From an uncultured Lachnospiraceae bacterium (lineage in GTDB: Bacteria > Bacillota > Clostridia > Lachnospirales > Lachnospiraceae), in the NCBI GenBank assembly GCA_910579495.1, contig CAJTVD010000008.1:7741-71740 (forward strand): a DNA stretch of 64,000 bases. The letters run 5' to 3'. Below, piece after piece: positions 1 through 10,074 of the stretch. Under the pieces are notes generated by a model. It worked only from the letters and a program-made list of their open reading frames with translations, did no database searches and was not told where the DNA came from. Both the position numbers and the translations under genes were made by a program. Every line of letters begins with the position of its first letter. The stretch's first letter is position 1.

Positions 1-472
1 ACCAGGGGGAGGGGCCCAGCTGCTGCTGCAAAAGAGAAGCCGGGAAAAGGACGCCTATCCCGGCTGCTATGATATTTCTGCGGCGGGGCATATCCGTGCG
101 GGGGATGAATGGGAAATCTCCGCCCTGCGGGAGCTGGAGGAAGAGCTGGGGATACAGGCGCAAAGAGAGGAACTGCGCTTTATTGGCTACCATGAAGGGT
201 ATGTGGAGGCGGTTTTCTGGGGGCAGCCCTTTAAGGACAGGGAGGTCAGTGCCGTGTATCTATATGAAAAACCTGTGGATACGGGAGGGCTCATCCTGCA
301 AAAAGGGGAGGTGGAGGAAGTCCTCTTTATGGAGTATGGGAAAATATGGGAAGGTATCAGGGATGGGAGCCTGCCAAACTGTATTTACCCGGAAGAGCTT
401 TTTATGATAAAAAAGGCCTTGGCACCGGGGTATGAGGGGGAGGGCGTCTGGGTAAAAGAGGGAAGCTGGTAA
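1..472 (+). CDS. NUDIX hydrolase (5' end outside window)
   Basis: Frame from position 2 reads LLLQKRSREKDAYPGCYDISAAGHIRAGDEWEISALRELEEELGI (Nudix box) and continues into ORF 203..472. Confidence 0.85.
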   Translation, partial: PGGGAQLLLQKRSREKDAYPGCYDISAAGHIRAGDEWEISALRELEEELGIQAQREELRFIGYHEGYVEAVFWGQPFKDREVSAVYLYEKPVDTGGLILQKGEVEEVLFMEYGKIWEGIRDGSLPNCIYPEELFMIKKALAPGYEGEGVWVKEGSW

Positions 473-590
473 ACTGTTGAATGGGCAAAAAGTTTTAATA
501 AATTGTTTAGATTGGCGTAATTGACTTTTCTGGTGGGGAGCGGTAAATTTTTCTATAAAGACATTCACTTTAAAGATAAGGAGACGCCCT

Positions 591-2426
591 ATGAAAGAAG
601 TAAAACCGCCTAAGAAACCGTTGGTATTTTATTATTTTATTGTAATGCTTGTGATGATGCTGTTAAACAGCCTGTTATTCCCCAGGCTGTTCAAGCCCCA
701 GGTAGAGGGTGTGGATTACGGCACCTTCCTGGATATGGTTGACCATAAAGAGGTGGCGATGGTCCAGATAGAAGGGGATTATATTTATTTTGTGGATAAA
801 CAGGAGACCCCTTCCTATTACCGCACCACCACCTTTGACGACCCGGAGCTGGTGGAGCGGCTGCGCCAGTCGGAATGTACCTTCGGCAGGGTGGTGCAGG
901 AGGAAATGTCGCCTATTTTAAGTTTTATCTTAAGCTGGATCCTTCCAATTGTGATTTTTATTGTGCTGGGCCAGTGGGTTTCTTCCCGCCTGATGAAGAA
1001 AATGGGAGGAGGGCTGCCTGCCATGCAGTTTGGCAAGAGCAATGCAAAGATTTATGTGGAGTCCACCACAGGGATTAAATTCCAGGATGTGGCGGGGGAG
1101 GATGAGGCCAAGGAAGTGCTGACGGAAATTGTGGACTTTCTCCATAATCCCCAGAAATATCAGGAAATCGGCGCATCTATGCCCAAAGGTGCCTTGCTTG
1201 TAGGCCCTCCCGGCACAGGCAAGACCCTTCTTGCCAAAGCTGTGGCGGGGGAAGCGGGTGTTCCCTTTTTCTCTATTTCCGGTTCGGAATTTGTGGAAAT
1301 GTTTGTAGGCATGGGCGCGGCAAAGGTGCGGGACCTGTTCAAGCAGGCAAATGAAAAAGCCCCCTGTATCGTGTTTATTGATGAAATCGACACCATTGGC
1401 AAAAAGCGTGACAACGGCGGTATGGGCGGCAATGACGAAAGGGAGCAGACCTTAAACCAGCTTCTTACAGAGATGGACGGCTTTGACGGCTCCAAAGGGG
1501 TGGTGATTTTAGCCGCTACCAACAGGCCGGAATCCCTGGACCCGGCGCTTCTGCGCCCCGGCCGTTTTGACAGGCGGGTTCCCGTGGAACTGCCGGATTT
1601 AGCAGGCAGGGAAGCCATTTTAAAGGTGCATGCGAAAAAGATAAAGCTGGGGGATGACATTGATTTTAATGCCATTGCCCGGGTAGCCTCCGGGGCTTCC
1701 GGTGCGGAGCTTGCCAATATGGTGAACGAAGCGGCACTGCGGGCGGTACGGGAAGGGCGGCAGTTTGTAACCCAGGGGGATATGGAAGAGAGCATAGAAG
1801 TGGTGATCGCAGGATACCAGAAGAAAAACAAAGTGCTGTCCGACAAGGAAAAAATGATTGTCTCCTACCATGAAATCGGGCACGCCCTGGTGGCCGCCCT
1901 GCAGAGCCATTCCGCCCCGGTGACCAAGATCACCATCATCCCTAGGACCTCCGGTGCGCTGGGCTATACCATGCAGGTGGAGGAAGGGGAGCATAACCTG
2001 ATGAGCAGGGAAGAAATTGAAAACAAAATCGCCACCTTTACCGGCGGGCGTGCGGCGGAGGAACTGATTTTCCAGTCCATCACTACCGGGGCAGCCAATG
2101 ATATTGAACAGGCGACCAAGCTGGCGCGGGCAATGGTTGCCAGATACGGCATGAGCGAAGCTTTCGGCATGGTGGCCCTTGAAACTGTTGCCAACCAGTA
2201 CCTGGGCGGCGATACTTCCCTGGCGTGTTCCCAGGATACTGCCAAGGAGATTGACCGGGAGGTAATTGAGATGGTGAAAAACCAGTATGAAAAGGCGAAA
2301 ACGCTCCTTAGCGGAAATAAGGAAAAACTCCATGAACTTGCCAAATACCTGTATGAGAAAGAAACCATCACAGGGGAGGAATTTATGCAGATTTTAAATG
2401 GGGGAGAAAAGGGAAGCACCCTGTGA
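591..2426 (+). CDS. ftsH: ATP-dependent zinc metalloprotease FtsH
   Basis: Two N-terminal TM segments, Walker A GPPGTGKT, Walker B VFIDEID, SRH ALLRPGRFDR, HEIGH zinc motif. Confidence 0.97.
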   Translation: MKEVKPPKKPLVFYYFIVMLVMMLLNSLLFPRLFKPQVEGVDYGTFLDMVDHKEVAMVQIEGDYIYFVDKQETPSYYRTTTFDDPELVERLRQSECTFGRVVQEEMSPILSFILSWILPIVIFIVLGQWVSSRLMKKMGGGLPAMQFGKSNAKIYVESTTGIKFQDVAGEDEAKEVLTEIVDFLHNPQKYQEIGASMPKGALLVGPPGTGKTLLAKAVAGEAGVPFFSISGSEFVEMFVGMGAAKVRDLFKQANEKAPCIVFIDEIDTIGKKRDNGGMGGNDEREQTLNQLLTEMDGFDGSKGVVILAATNRPESLDPALLRPGRFDRRVPVELPDLAGREAILKVHAKKIKLGDDIDFNAIARVASGASGAELANMVNEAALRAVREGRQFVTQGDMEESIEVVIAGYQKKNKVLSDKEKMIVSYHEIGHALVAALQSHSAPVTKITIIPRTSGALGYTMQVEEGEHNLMSREEIENKIATFTGGRAAEELIFQSITTGAANDIEQATKLARAMVARYGMSEAFGMVALETVANQYLGGDTSLACSQDTAKEIDREVIEMVKNQYEKAKTLLSGNKEKLHELAKYLYEKETITGEEFMQILNGGEKGSTL

Positions 2427-2464
2427 TTTGCCATGGGGACCAGATTGGGAAATAGGAATTGCAC

Positions 2465-2506
2465 AAAAGCTGCGTCCAGTATGAAAGTACTGGACGCAGC
2501 TTTTTT
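2465..2506 (+). terminator. Rho-independent terminator after ftsH
   Basis: AAAAGCTGCGTCCAGTA-tgaaag-TACTGGACGCAGCTTTTTT perfect stem with U-tract. Confidence 0.9.
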
Positions 2507-2543
2507 ACAATAAGCCGGCCCGCGGAGCGTGGCGGCGTTTGTT
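2507..2543 (+). repeat. 37-bp REP-like palindromic repeat, copy 1
   Basis: ACAATAAGCCGGCCCGCGGAGCGTGGCGGCGTTTGTT; near-identical copies at 16039, 34713, 34750. Confidence 0.85.
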
Positions 2544-2563
2544 GGCAAGGCTTGAAAATCCTA

Positions 2564-2623
2564 TTGACAAATACCCCACAGGGGTATATAATATGGAATA
2601 TGACAGATACCCCTACGGGGTAT
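2564..2623 (+). promoter_or_regulatory. SigA promoter with two CsoR operators
   Basis: TTGACA(2564)-17 bp-TATAAT(2587); palindromes ATACCCCACAGGGGTAT (2571-2587) and ATACCCCTACGGGGTAT (2607-2623), typical CsoR C/G-tract sites. Confidence 0.9.
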
Positions 2624-2643
2624 AAAGATGGAATGCAGAGGTA

Positions 2644-3000
2644 ATGAAAATGTCTGAAACAGGGGATAATAAGTTTGAAAGCAGTATTTCCGGGCAAAAG
2701 GAAGAAAAATGCGGCTGTATCCACACCAAGCACACCCCCAGGAGCGATGAGCAGCTAAAACAGCTCCAAAACCGCTTAAGCCGCATAACCGGCCAGCTGG
2801 GGGGGATTGGCAGGATGCTGGAAGAGAACCGTTACTGTGGGGATATTTTAACCCAGGTGGCAGCAGCCCAGAGTGCCCTGCAAAGCTTTGGCCATGTGAT
2901 TTTGCAGGAACACATGGAAACCTGTGTAGTGGAGGAGGTTAAAAACGGCAACCGCCAGATTATGCAGGAGACCATGGAACTGGTAAAGAAGCTGAAATAG
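2644..3000 (+). CDS. csoR: Copper-sensing repressor CsoR
   Basis: RLSRITGQLGGIGRMLEENRYCGDILTQ...HMETCV (C-H-C ligands); upstream of Cu ATPase. Confidence 0.92.
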   Translation: MKMSETGDNKFESSISGQKEEKCGCIHTKHTPRSDEQLKQLQNRLSRITGQLGGIGRMLEENRYCGDILTQVAAAQSALQSFGHVILQEHMETCVVEEVKNGNRQIMQETMELVKKLK

Positions 3001-3136
3001 GCAATCCCTGCCTGTGGGGATAAAGAGGGCGGCTGGCCAGTCTGCCGTTTCCTGCCGCAGGCCAAGGGAGAAAAAGGTTTGTGCCTGCGCGGCTCCGCAA
3101 ACCTGACAGGAGTAAAAACCGCGCAGAAATGGGGAA

Positions 3137-5773
3137 ATGATGAAAAAACAGAAATTTTCAGTAACAGGCATGACCTGTTCCGCCTGTTCTTCCCATGTGG
3201 AAAAGAGCGTGCAGAAGCTGCCGGGCATGGAAAGTGTCACTGTAAACCTTTTGACCAACAGTATGCAGACGGTTTATGAGGGCAGCCTGTGCGATGAGGA
3301 AAAGATCATTGGGGCGGTGGAAAAGGCAGGCTATGGTGCAAGCCTGATTTCCCAGGACCCGGCCAAAGGAAAAGGGGATGGGGAAAATAGCGGCGCCAGA
3401 GGTGGCTTGGGGATGGATGGGGCGGGGGCGGATATTTCGGGAAGGGAAGCGGCCAAAGGGAAAAAGGAAGCCCGGGAAATGAAAACAAGGCTGGCAGTAT
3501 CCATTCTGTTTATGGCTCTGCTGATGGCAGTGTCCATGCACCATATGTTCTTTATGTGGCTGGGCCTGCCGGTTCCGGAACTGCTTATGAAATTATTCCA
3601 TGGCAGTGAAAACGCCCTAACCTTTGCCTTTACCCAGTTCCTGCTGGCCCTGCCCATTATTTTTGTAAACAGAAAGTATTACCAGACAGGCTTTAAAACC
3701 CTTTTCCATTTAAGCCCTAATATGGACAGCCTGATTGCTATAGGCTCAGGGGCGGCGCTGGTTTATGGCGTGTTCGCTATTTACAGGATCGGCTTTGGGC
3801 TAGGCCATGGGGACCAGGCACTGGTGGAAAGGTACGCATCGGATTTATATTTTGAATCTGCGGGAATGATCCTGGCACTGATCACAGTGGGAAAATATCT
3901 GGAAACCCGTTCCAAAGGGAAAACCGGGGAAGCCATTGAAAAGCTCATGGATCTCTCCCCTAAGACGGCGCTGCTGCTTCTGGAAAACGGGGAGGAGATG
4001 GAAATCCCCACCTGGCAGTTGGCAAAAGATGACCTGTTTGTGGTAAAGCCGGGGAGCCTTGTACCGGCGGACGCAGTAGTGGTGGAGGGAACCTCCAGCG
4101 TCAACGAGGCGGCAATTACCGGGGAGAGCATCCCGGTGGAAAAACAGCCAGGCGACAGCGTGGTGTCCGCGACTATGAACAAAGCCGGGCGGCTGGTGTG
4201 CCGGGCGGTTAAAGTAGGGGAGGACACTACCCTGTCCCAGATCATCCGTCTGGTGGAGGAGGCGGCTTCCTCCAAAGCGCCCATTGCAAGGCTGGCGGAC
4301 AAAATTGCAGGGATTTTTGTACCGGCGGTTATGGGTGTGGCCCTGGTAACCTTCTTTGTATGGCTCCTTACAGGGGGCGGCTTTGAGGCGGCCATGTCCA
4401 GCGCCATTGCCGTGCTGGTAATCTCCTGCCCCTGTGCCCTGGGGCTTGCCACGCCGGTGGCCATTATGGTAGGCACCGGCGTAGGCGCCAAATGGGGCGT
4501 CCTGATCAAATCCGGGGACGCCCTGCAATCCGCAAGGGATATTGATACGGTGGTTTTGGATAAAACGGGAACTATCACAGAGGGGAAGCCCAGGGTGACG
4601 GATGTGCAGATTTATGAAAAAGGCCTGGCAGAAGGAAAGGTCCTGGCTTTGGCCGCGGCCATTGAAAAGCCCAGCGAGCATCCTCTGGCAGAGGCAATCC
4701 TGGAGGAGGCCAGGGAGAGGGGGCTGGGCATCCCCAAGACAGAAGGCTTCCAGGCGGTCTTTGGCAAAGGCGTTATGGGAACCTGTGAAGGGAAAAAATA
4801 TCTGGCGGGTAATTCAAGGTTTATGGAAGAGAGCAATGTCCCCCTGACAAAGACTCAGGCAGCCGCAATGGAAAAAATGTCGGAGGAAGGAAAAACACCT
4901 CTTTTATTTGCCGGGGAGGGAAAGCTTCTGGCGATTATTGGGGTTGCCGACAGGGTGAAAGCTTCCTCTGTGGAGGCAATCGAAGCCTTTCACCGGATGA
5001 AAATTGAAGTGGTCATGCTTACCGGGGATAATAAACGGACGGCCCAGGCAGTGCAGAAGAAGCTTGGCATCAACCAGGTGATTGCAGAAGTACTGCCGGA
5101 GGATAAGGAAAGAGAAATCCGAAGGCTGAAGGAGCAGGGCAGGAAGGTGGCCATGGTGGGGGACGGCATCAACGATGCCCCGGCGCTGGCGGCGGCGGAT
5201 GTGGGGATTGCCATCGGTGCGGGAACCGATGTGGCAATTGACAGTGCAGATATTATCCTGATGAAAAGCAGGCTTACCGATGCCATTACGGCTATCCGCC
5301 TAAGCCGCATGGTGATCAAAAACATTAAGGAAAACCTGTTCTGGGCGTTTTTCTACAATTCCATTGGCATTCCCCTGGCGGCGGGTGTTTTTTACCCTGC
5401 TTTCGGGCTGAAGCTGAACCCCATGTTCGGGGCGGCGGCAATGAGCCTGAGCAGCCTTTTTGTGGTGGGAAATGCCCTGCGGCTCCGGAATTTTAAGGCA
5501 AATGTCCCATTGGAGGATAAAAATCAGGAACAGGAAATGGAAGAAAGCAAGGAGGATGGAAAGATGACAAAAACAATGACCATTGAAGGAATGATGTGTA
5601 GCCACTGCACAGGCAGGGTACAGAAAGCCCTGGAGGGTATTGCCGGGGTGAAGGGCGTAGTAATGAGCCTGGAAAACAAAACCGCGGAAGTGTCCCTGGA
5701 GGGGGAAGTGGCGGAGGATGCTTTAAAGGAAGCAGTTACAGAAGCCGGATACGAAGTTACCCATATCAAATAA
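3137..5773 (+). CDS. copA: Copper-translocating P1B-type ATPase
   Basis: N- and C-terminal GMxCxxC domains, TGES, CPC, DKTGT, SEHPL, GDGINDAP, YN and MSLSS motifs. Confidence 0.95.
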   Translation: MMKKQKFSVTGMTCSACSSHVEKSVQKLPGMESVTVNLLTNSMQTVYEGSLCDEEKIIGAVEKAGYGASLISQDPAKGKGDGENSGARGGLGMDGAGADISGREAAKGKKEAREMKTRLAVSILFMALLMAVSMHHMFFMWLGLPVPELLMKLFHGSENALTFAFTQFLLALPIIFVNRKYYQTGFKTLFHLSPNMDSLIAIGSGAALVYGVFAIYRIGFGLGHGDQALVERYASDLYFESAGMILALITVGKYLETRSKGKTGEAIEKLMDLSPKTALLLLENGEEMEIPTWQLAKDDLFVVKPGSLVPADAVVVEGTSSVNEAAITGESIPVEKQPGDSVVSATMNKAGRLVCRAVKVGEDTTLSQIIRLVEEAASSKAPIARLADKIAGIFVPAVMGVALVTFFVWLLTGGGFEAAMSSAIAVLVISCPCALGLATPVAIMVGTGVGAKWGVLIKSGDALQSARDIDTVVLDKTGTITEGKPRVTDVQIYEKGLAEGKVLALAAAIEKPSEHPLAEAILEEARERGLGIPKTEGFQAVFGKGVMGTCEGKKYLAGNSRFMEESNVPLTKTQAAAMEKMSEEGKTPLLFAGEGKLLAIIGVADRVKASSVEAIEAFHRMKIEVVMLTGDNKRTAQAVQKKLGINQVIAEVLPEDKEREIRRLKEQGRKVAMVGDGINDAPALAAADVGIAIGAGTDVAIDSADIILMKSRLTDAITAIRLSRMVIKNIKENLFWAFFYNSIGIPLAAGVFYPAFGLKLNPMFGAAAMSLSSLFVVGNALRLRNFKANVPLEDKNQEQEMEESKEDGKMTKTMTIEGMMCSHCTGRVQKALEGIAGVKGVVMSLENKTAEVSLEGEVAEDALKEAVTEAGYEVTHIK

Positions 5774-5973
5774 GGGGATCAATTTAAGAAGAGAAACAGG
5801 CAGCCCCTGGAGGGATGCGCCGGAACCAAGCTTTTCAAGGAGGATTTGGCGCTTTTGTTCCTTTTGGAGCTGCAGTTTCTTTTGGGGGGAAAGCTTTCTT
5901 GAAGATTCCTTAGAAGCATATGCACTATTGGCCATATAATAACAAAAAAAGATAATATTCTTTCAGCTTAACT

Positions 5974-6001
5974 CTAATATTATTAATAATATTGCCGATA
6001 T
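5974..6001 (+). promoter_or_regulatory. Sigma-28 (SigD/FliA) type promoter
   Basis: CTAAT-N15-GCCGATAT upstream of a flagellin gene. Confidence 0.7.
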
Positions 6002-6119
6002 ATATTCTAAGCTATATGTAACTAGCTACTCTCATAGAGTGGTTTTAAAACTGACAATATTTCCGCAAACCTATACCAGAAAATCTGGAAGGTGTCAAAA
6101 ATTTAGCGGGGGGGCAAGG

Positions 6120-8003
6120 ATGCTTTCAGTAAAAACAAACATGCTCGCATGGAACGCGGGCCGGCAGTTTAAAATCAATGAAAAAGCAGATGCAAAGAGG
6201 ACAGAAAAATTATCTTCCGGTTATCGGATTAACCGTGCGGCGGATGACGCGGCGGGACTTTCTATTTCAGAAAAAATGCGCAGGCAGATCCGGGGGCTGA
6301 CCCAGGCATCATCCAACGCACAGGATGGGATTTCCATGGTCCAGTCGGCAGAAGGAGCGCTGAACGAAGTGCATGAAATGCTTCACAGGGCCAATGAACT
6401 GGCGGTAAAGGCGGCTAACGGCACATTATCCGATGAAGACCGCGCGATGGTGGACGCAGAAGTCCAGCAGATTAAGAGAGAAATTGACAATACAGCAAAG
6501 AATACTGTGTTTAATGAAATCAGGCTGTTCCCGGATGACGGGCTTTCGCCCAAGGCGGGTTCCGTGCTGGCCAGCTATGATTATGAAGTGACCTTTGATT
6601 TTGCCAATGGGTCGGTTGCTGTAAACCAGCAAGCAAACGGCGTTTCTTCCCGGCCGGGGGTCCAGGTAAACAGTGGGAGTGCCCTGGCGGACAAAATTGC
6701 CAACCAGTATATTCCCAATGCAGTGCAGCAGATTTTTGACGCTTTCCCGTCCTTTGCAACAGCGCAGGGAACTACGGAAATCAAAATGGCGCTGAACGTG
6801 AAGTTTATCGACGGCCCGGGGAATACCCTGGCGCTTGCCGGGTATACTTACAGCCCCAGCGGCGGAAAGCCGAAAACAATGTACATCAATGTGGATGCTG
6901 CCGATTTTAAGGATGCAGATATCGGTTCCGGCAGTGACAAGGAGAAACAGTTAGAATCCACCATTGCCCATGAGCTGATGCACACGGTAATGCAGTACAA
7001 TTTAACCGATGGCATGAGTGGGAGGAATGGGGAGAAATACCCTACGTGGTTTGTGGAAGGCACGGCACAGCTTGCAGGAGGCGGCTTTCCCACCAACTGG
7101 AACAATGAACTGCTCTACTATGCCGATAAGCTTGCTGATGAAGATGATACCAGCCAGGACGCAAATATAGCAAAATACCTGCAAAAATATACCATGCAGG
7201 GCAGGCCTTACGGCCATGGCTACCTGGGGGCGGCATATATTGGCTATCTTGCCAATAAACAAAATGGTGGTAGCGCAGACGTAACCGGTGCCAATATAGC
7301 AGGCGGGATGGATTTGATTTTTGGTGACCTTATTAAGGGGAAGAAGCTTGACCAGGCAATCAAAGACAGGACCGGCAAAAGCATAAGCGAAATCAATGGG
7401 CTGTTTTCCAGTGGCAACGGGGATTTAACAGAGTTTGCCAGAAAACTTGCCTTTAACTCAAAAGACGGTGCCGGTTCGGTGATCGTATCACAGGCAGCTG
7501 GCGGCCTGGGGGCAGGAGGGGCAGGAAAACCGATCATTGGCAGCGGGGCGGGAAGCGGGGCTTTTACCATTGATCCCAGCCAGGTAAATGTTGATTTTTC
7601 CGGGGGATCCGCTAATGTTGCCATCCAGGTAGGATCGGAAGCAGGGCAGCATATTGACTTCAAGCTGTACCAGATGAATACCCAAGCCCTGGGGCTGGCG
7701 GATATGAACGTGAACACTGTGGAGGATGCCAGCGACGCCATTAATTTTGTGAAGGAAGCCATTATTAACGTAAGCAGTGTGAGAAGCCATTATGGCGCGG
7801 TGCAGAACCGCCTTGAACATACCATTGCCAATCTGGACAATGTGGTAGAAAATACCACAGCGGCAGAGTCCCGCATCAGGGATACAGATATGGCTAAGGA
7901 AATGGTAGCACATGCCAACAGCCAGGTTCTGCTGCAGGCAGGGCAGTCTATGTTAGCCCAGGCAAACCGCAGTTCTGAAATTATACTCGGGCTTTTGGGA
8001 TAG
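6120..8003 (+). CDS. Flagellin with central gluzincin metallopeptidase domain (flagellinolysin-like)
   Basis: Flagellin N-term (EKLSSGYRINRAADDAAGLSISEKMR) and C-term (GAVQNRLEH...AAESRIRDTDMA); centre has AHELMH...WFVEGTA. Start moved to ATG 6120. Confidence 0.9.
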   Translation: MLSVKTNMLAWNAGRQFKINEKADAKRTEKLSSGYRINRAADDAAGLSISEKMRRQIRGLTQASSNAQDGISMVQSAEGALNEVHEMLHRANELAVKAANGTLSDEDRAMVDAEVQQIKREIDNTAKNTVFNEIRLFPDDGLSPKAGSVLASYDYEVTFDFANGSVAVNQQANGVSSRPGVQVNSGSALADKIANQYIPNAVQQIFDAFPSFATAQGTTEIKMALNVKFIDGPGNTLALAGYTYSPSGGKPKTMYINVDAADFKDADIGSGSDKEKQLESTIAHELMHTVMQYNLTDGMSGRNGEKYPTWFVEGTAQLAGGGFPTNWNNELLYYADKLADEDDTSQDANIAKYLQKYTMQGRPYGHGYLGAAYIGYLANKQNGGSADVTGANIAGGMDLIFGDLIKGKKLDQAIKDRTGKSISEINGLFSSGNGDLTEFARKLAFNSKDGAGSVIVSQAAGGLGAGGAGKPIIGSGAGSGAFTIDPSQVNVDFSGGSANVAIQVGSEAGQHIDFKLYQMNTQALGLADMNVNTVEDASDAINFVKEAIINVSSVRSHYGAVQNRLEHTIANLDNVVENTTAAESRIRDTDMAKEMVAHANSQVLLQAGQSMLAQANRSSEIILGLLG

Positions 8004-8026
8004 GCAGGCCAGAGTGAAAGGAGCAG

Positions 8027-8410
8027 ATGGGAATGGGCGTAGTTGTTAAGGCAGTATGTGGTGCATGTAAAGGGCAGTGGCAGTGTGAAACCGGCTGCGG
8101 GATTATGCATGGGGAAATAGAAGGGGTACTCCCTTTATTCCCGGAAGGGATAAGAAGGCAGATTGAAGCCGCCATTGGCAATAGGGCATTTCCGGCTTTT
8201 ACTTTTGCCTATCAGTTATCCTGCTGTGGGCACTGTGGCAGTATAGAAAGTGTTCCCGTGCTGAAGCTAACTGACATTGGGAAAGAATATACAGGTGTCT
8301 GCGGTAAGTGCTGGCAGAATACGGAACTCATAGAAAACATAGAAGATACCCCATGCCCGGTATGCCATAAGAAGGCTCTTACAGTGGAAGAAACCGGAAT
8401 TTGGGATTAG
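8027..8410 (+). CDS. Hypothetical Cys-rich (zinc-ribbon-like) protein
   Basis: Four CxxC pairs (CGAC, CGHC, CGKC, CPVC); RBS AAGGAG. Confidence 0.7.
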   Translation: MGMGVVVKAVCGACKGQWQCETGCGIMHGEIEGVLPLFPEGIRRQIEAAIGNRAFPAFTFAYQLSCCGHCGSIESVPVLKLTDIGKEYTGVCGKCWQNTELIENIEDTPCPVCHKKALTVEETGIWD

Positions 8411-8442
8411 AGGATTAGAAATCAGTACAGAAAGGATTTAAG

Positions 8443-8856
8443 ATGCAGATAGGAGCAATCAGTTTTCATCCCTATATTTACAATACCAATGCCATAAGCG
8501 GCAGCAGCCTTTCAAAGATTTCCTCCATTGGGGATGATTTGCTCACCTCCAAGACAGACTATTCCTCCCTGGCGGATGAAAGCCTGAACGAAAACCCTTT
8601 AAAGAAGGGGCAGACCTCCGATTTTTCGTCCATTTTGGATAGGCAGTTGTCAATGGGAAGAAGGAACGCTTCCAGGCTGGTAAAGCCCGGGGAAGAGATG
8701 CCAGAGTTCCCGGCAGCGGAAGAACGCCAGGCAGAAGAGACAGATACTGGCCGGTTTGCCGGAAGAACCCAGGAGAATTTCCAAATGCAAGGGGAAAAGA
8801 ATCTGTTCCGTATGCAGCAGGCGGTGCAGGCATACCAGATGAATATGATGATGTAA
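8443..8856 (+). CDS. Hypothetical protein
   Basis: 137-aa ORF with RBS AAAGGA, co-oriented with the flagellin. Confidence 0.7.
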   Translation: MQIGAISFHPYIYNTNAISGSSLSKISSIGDDLLTSKTDYSSLADESLNENPLKKGQTSDFSSILDRQLSMGRRNASRLVKPGEEMPEFPAAEERQAEETDTGRFAGRTQENFQMQGEKNLFRMQQAVQAYQMNMMM

Positions 8857-9005
8857 AATTAGGCGGAAGCTGTTAAAACGGTAGGTTTGGCAGCTTCTGT
8901 TGTTATATGGATAATAGAAATGAGCGGCTGCTGCCCCAGGAAAGGGCAGCAGCAGGCGGTACCCGGGAGCAGTAAATATTTTATAGGATAAAGGAGAAGG
9001 ATATT

Positions 9006-9881
9006 ATGGCGGTATACGAGGTAAAGAACAAGACGGTTGCCATCCAGGTGCATTCCAAAGGGGCGGAGCTGAAATCCCTGAAACGTCTGGATACAGGCAG
9101 GGAGTATCTGTGGAATGCAGACCCGGCCTACTGGAACAGGACATCCCCTGTGCTGTTCCCTTTTGTAGGGGGCGTAAAAAACAGGGAATACAGAACCAAA
9201 GGACGCACTTATTCTATGGCACAGCATGGTTTTGTCAGGGATATGGAATTTAGCCTGCTCTCCCAGACAGAAGATGAAATCTGGTTTGTATTAAAGGACA
9301 GCGAAGAAACAAGGGAAATGTACCCTTATGAATTTGTGCTCAAGCTGGGGTACTGCCTTCTTCCTGACGGCGTGGACGTGCGCTGGCAGGTGGAAAATCC
9401 GGGAAAGGAAGAACTGCCTTTTTCTATTGGGGGGCACCCTGCCTTTTACTGCCCTTTGGATGAAGGGGAGAAGCAGACGGATTATTTTATCCGTTTTGGC
9501 AAGCAGGAGAAGGTGGTCAGCACAGGAATCAGTGAAAAGGGGCTGGCCACAGACGAAAAAAATACATATAACCTGGACCAGGGATACCTGGCCATTACAG
9601 AGAATTTATTTGACAGGGACGCCCTGGTGATTGAGCATAGCCAGGTAATGGAAGTGTCCTTGTGCAGGGCGGACAAAAAGCCATATGTTACAGTTAAGAT
9701 GGAGGAACCTTTGTTTGGTATCTGGTCCCCTGCGAAAAAGAATGCGCCTTTTATCTGTATCGAGCCCTGGTGCGGCAGATGCGACCATGAAAATTTCTCC
9801 GGGGAACTGAAGGAGAGGGAATGGGGCAACCTGGTTGCCCCAGAGGGAGCCTGGAAAGCGGGCTATCAGATTATTGTGTAG
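9006..9881 (+). CDS. Aldose 1-epimerase family protein (LacX-like)
   Basis: GAELKSL, EYLWNADPAYW, SPVLFPFVG, QHGFVRD, GGHPAF, FICIEPW. Confidence 0.9.
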   Translation: MAVYEVKNKTVAIQVHSKGAELKSLKRLDTGREYLWNADPAYWNRTSPVLFPFVGGVKNREYRTKGRTYSMAQHGFVRDMEFSLLSQTEDEIWFVLKDSEETREMYPYEFVLKLGYCLLPDGVDVRWQVENPGKEELPFSIGGHPAFYCPLDEGEKQTDYFIRFGKQEKVVSTGISEKGLATDEKNTYNLDQGYLAITENLFDRDALVIEHSQVMEVSLCRADKKPYVTVKMEEPLFGIWSPAKKNAPFICIEPWCGRCDHENFSGELKEREWGNLVAPEGAWKAGYQIIV

Positions 9882-10074
9882 TATTATCCGAAAAGCCTTT
9901 GGCCTTCCGGAGGTAAAATTTATAGGCAGCAAAGGAAACGCCGTCCCGGGGGATTATGCTCCTGCAGGGCGGCGTTTGCCTTGTAATGCCCCAGGGGGCA
10001 TCTTGTGGGAATACCCTGGGGGGATGCAAAAATTTCAGTTTTTGTGGTATCCTAAGATATAAGGGAGGCAGTTT

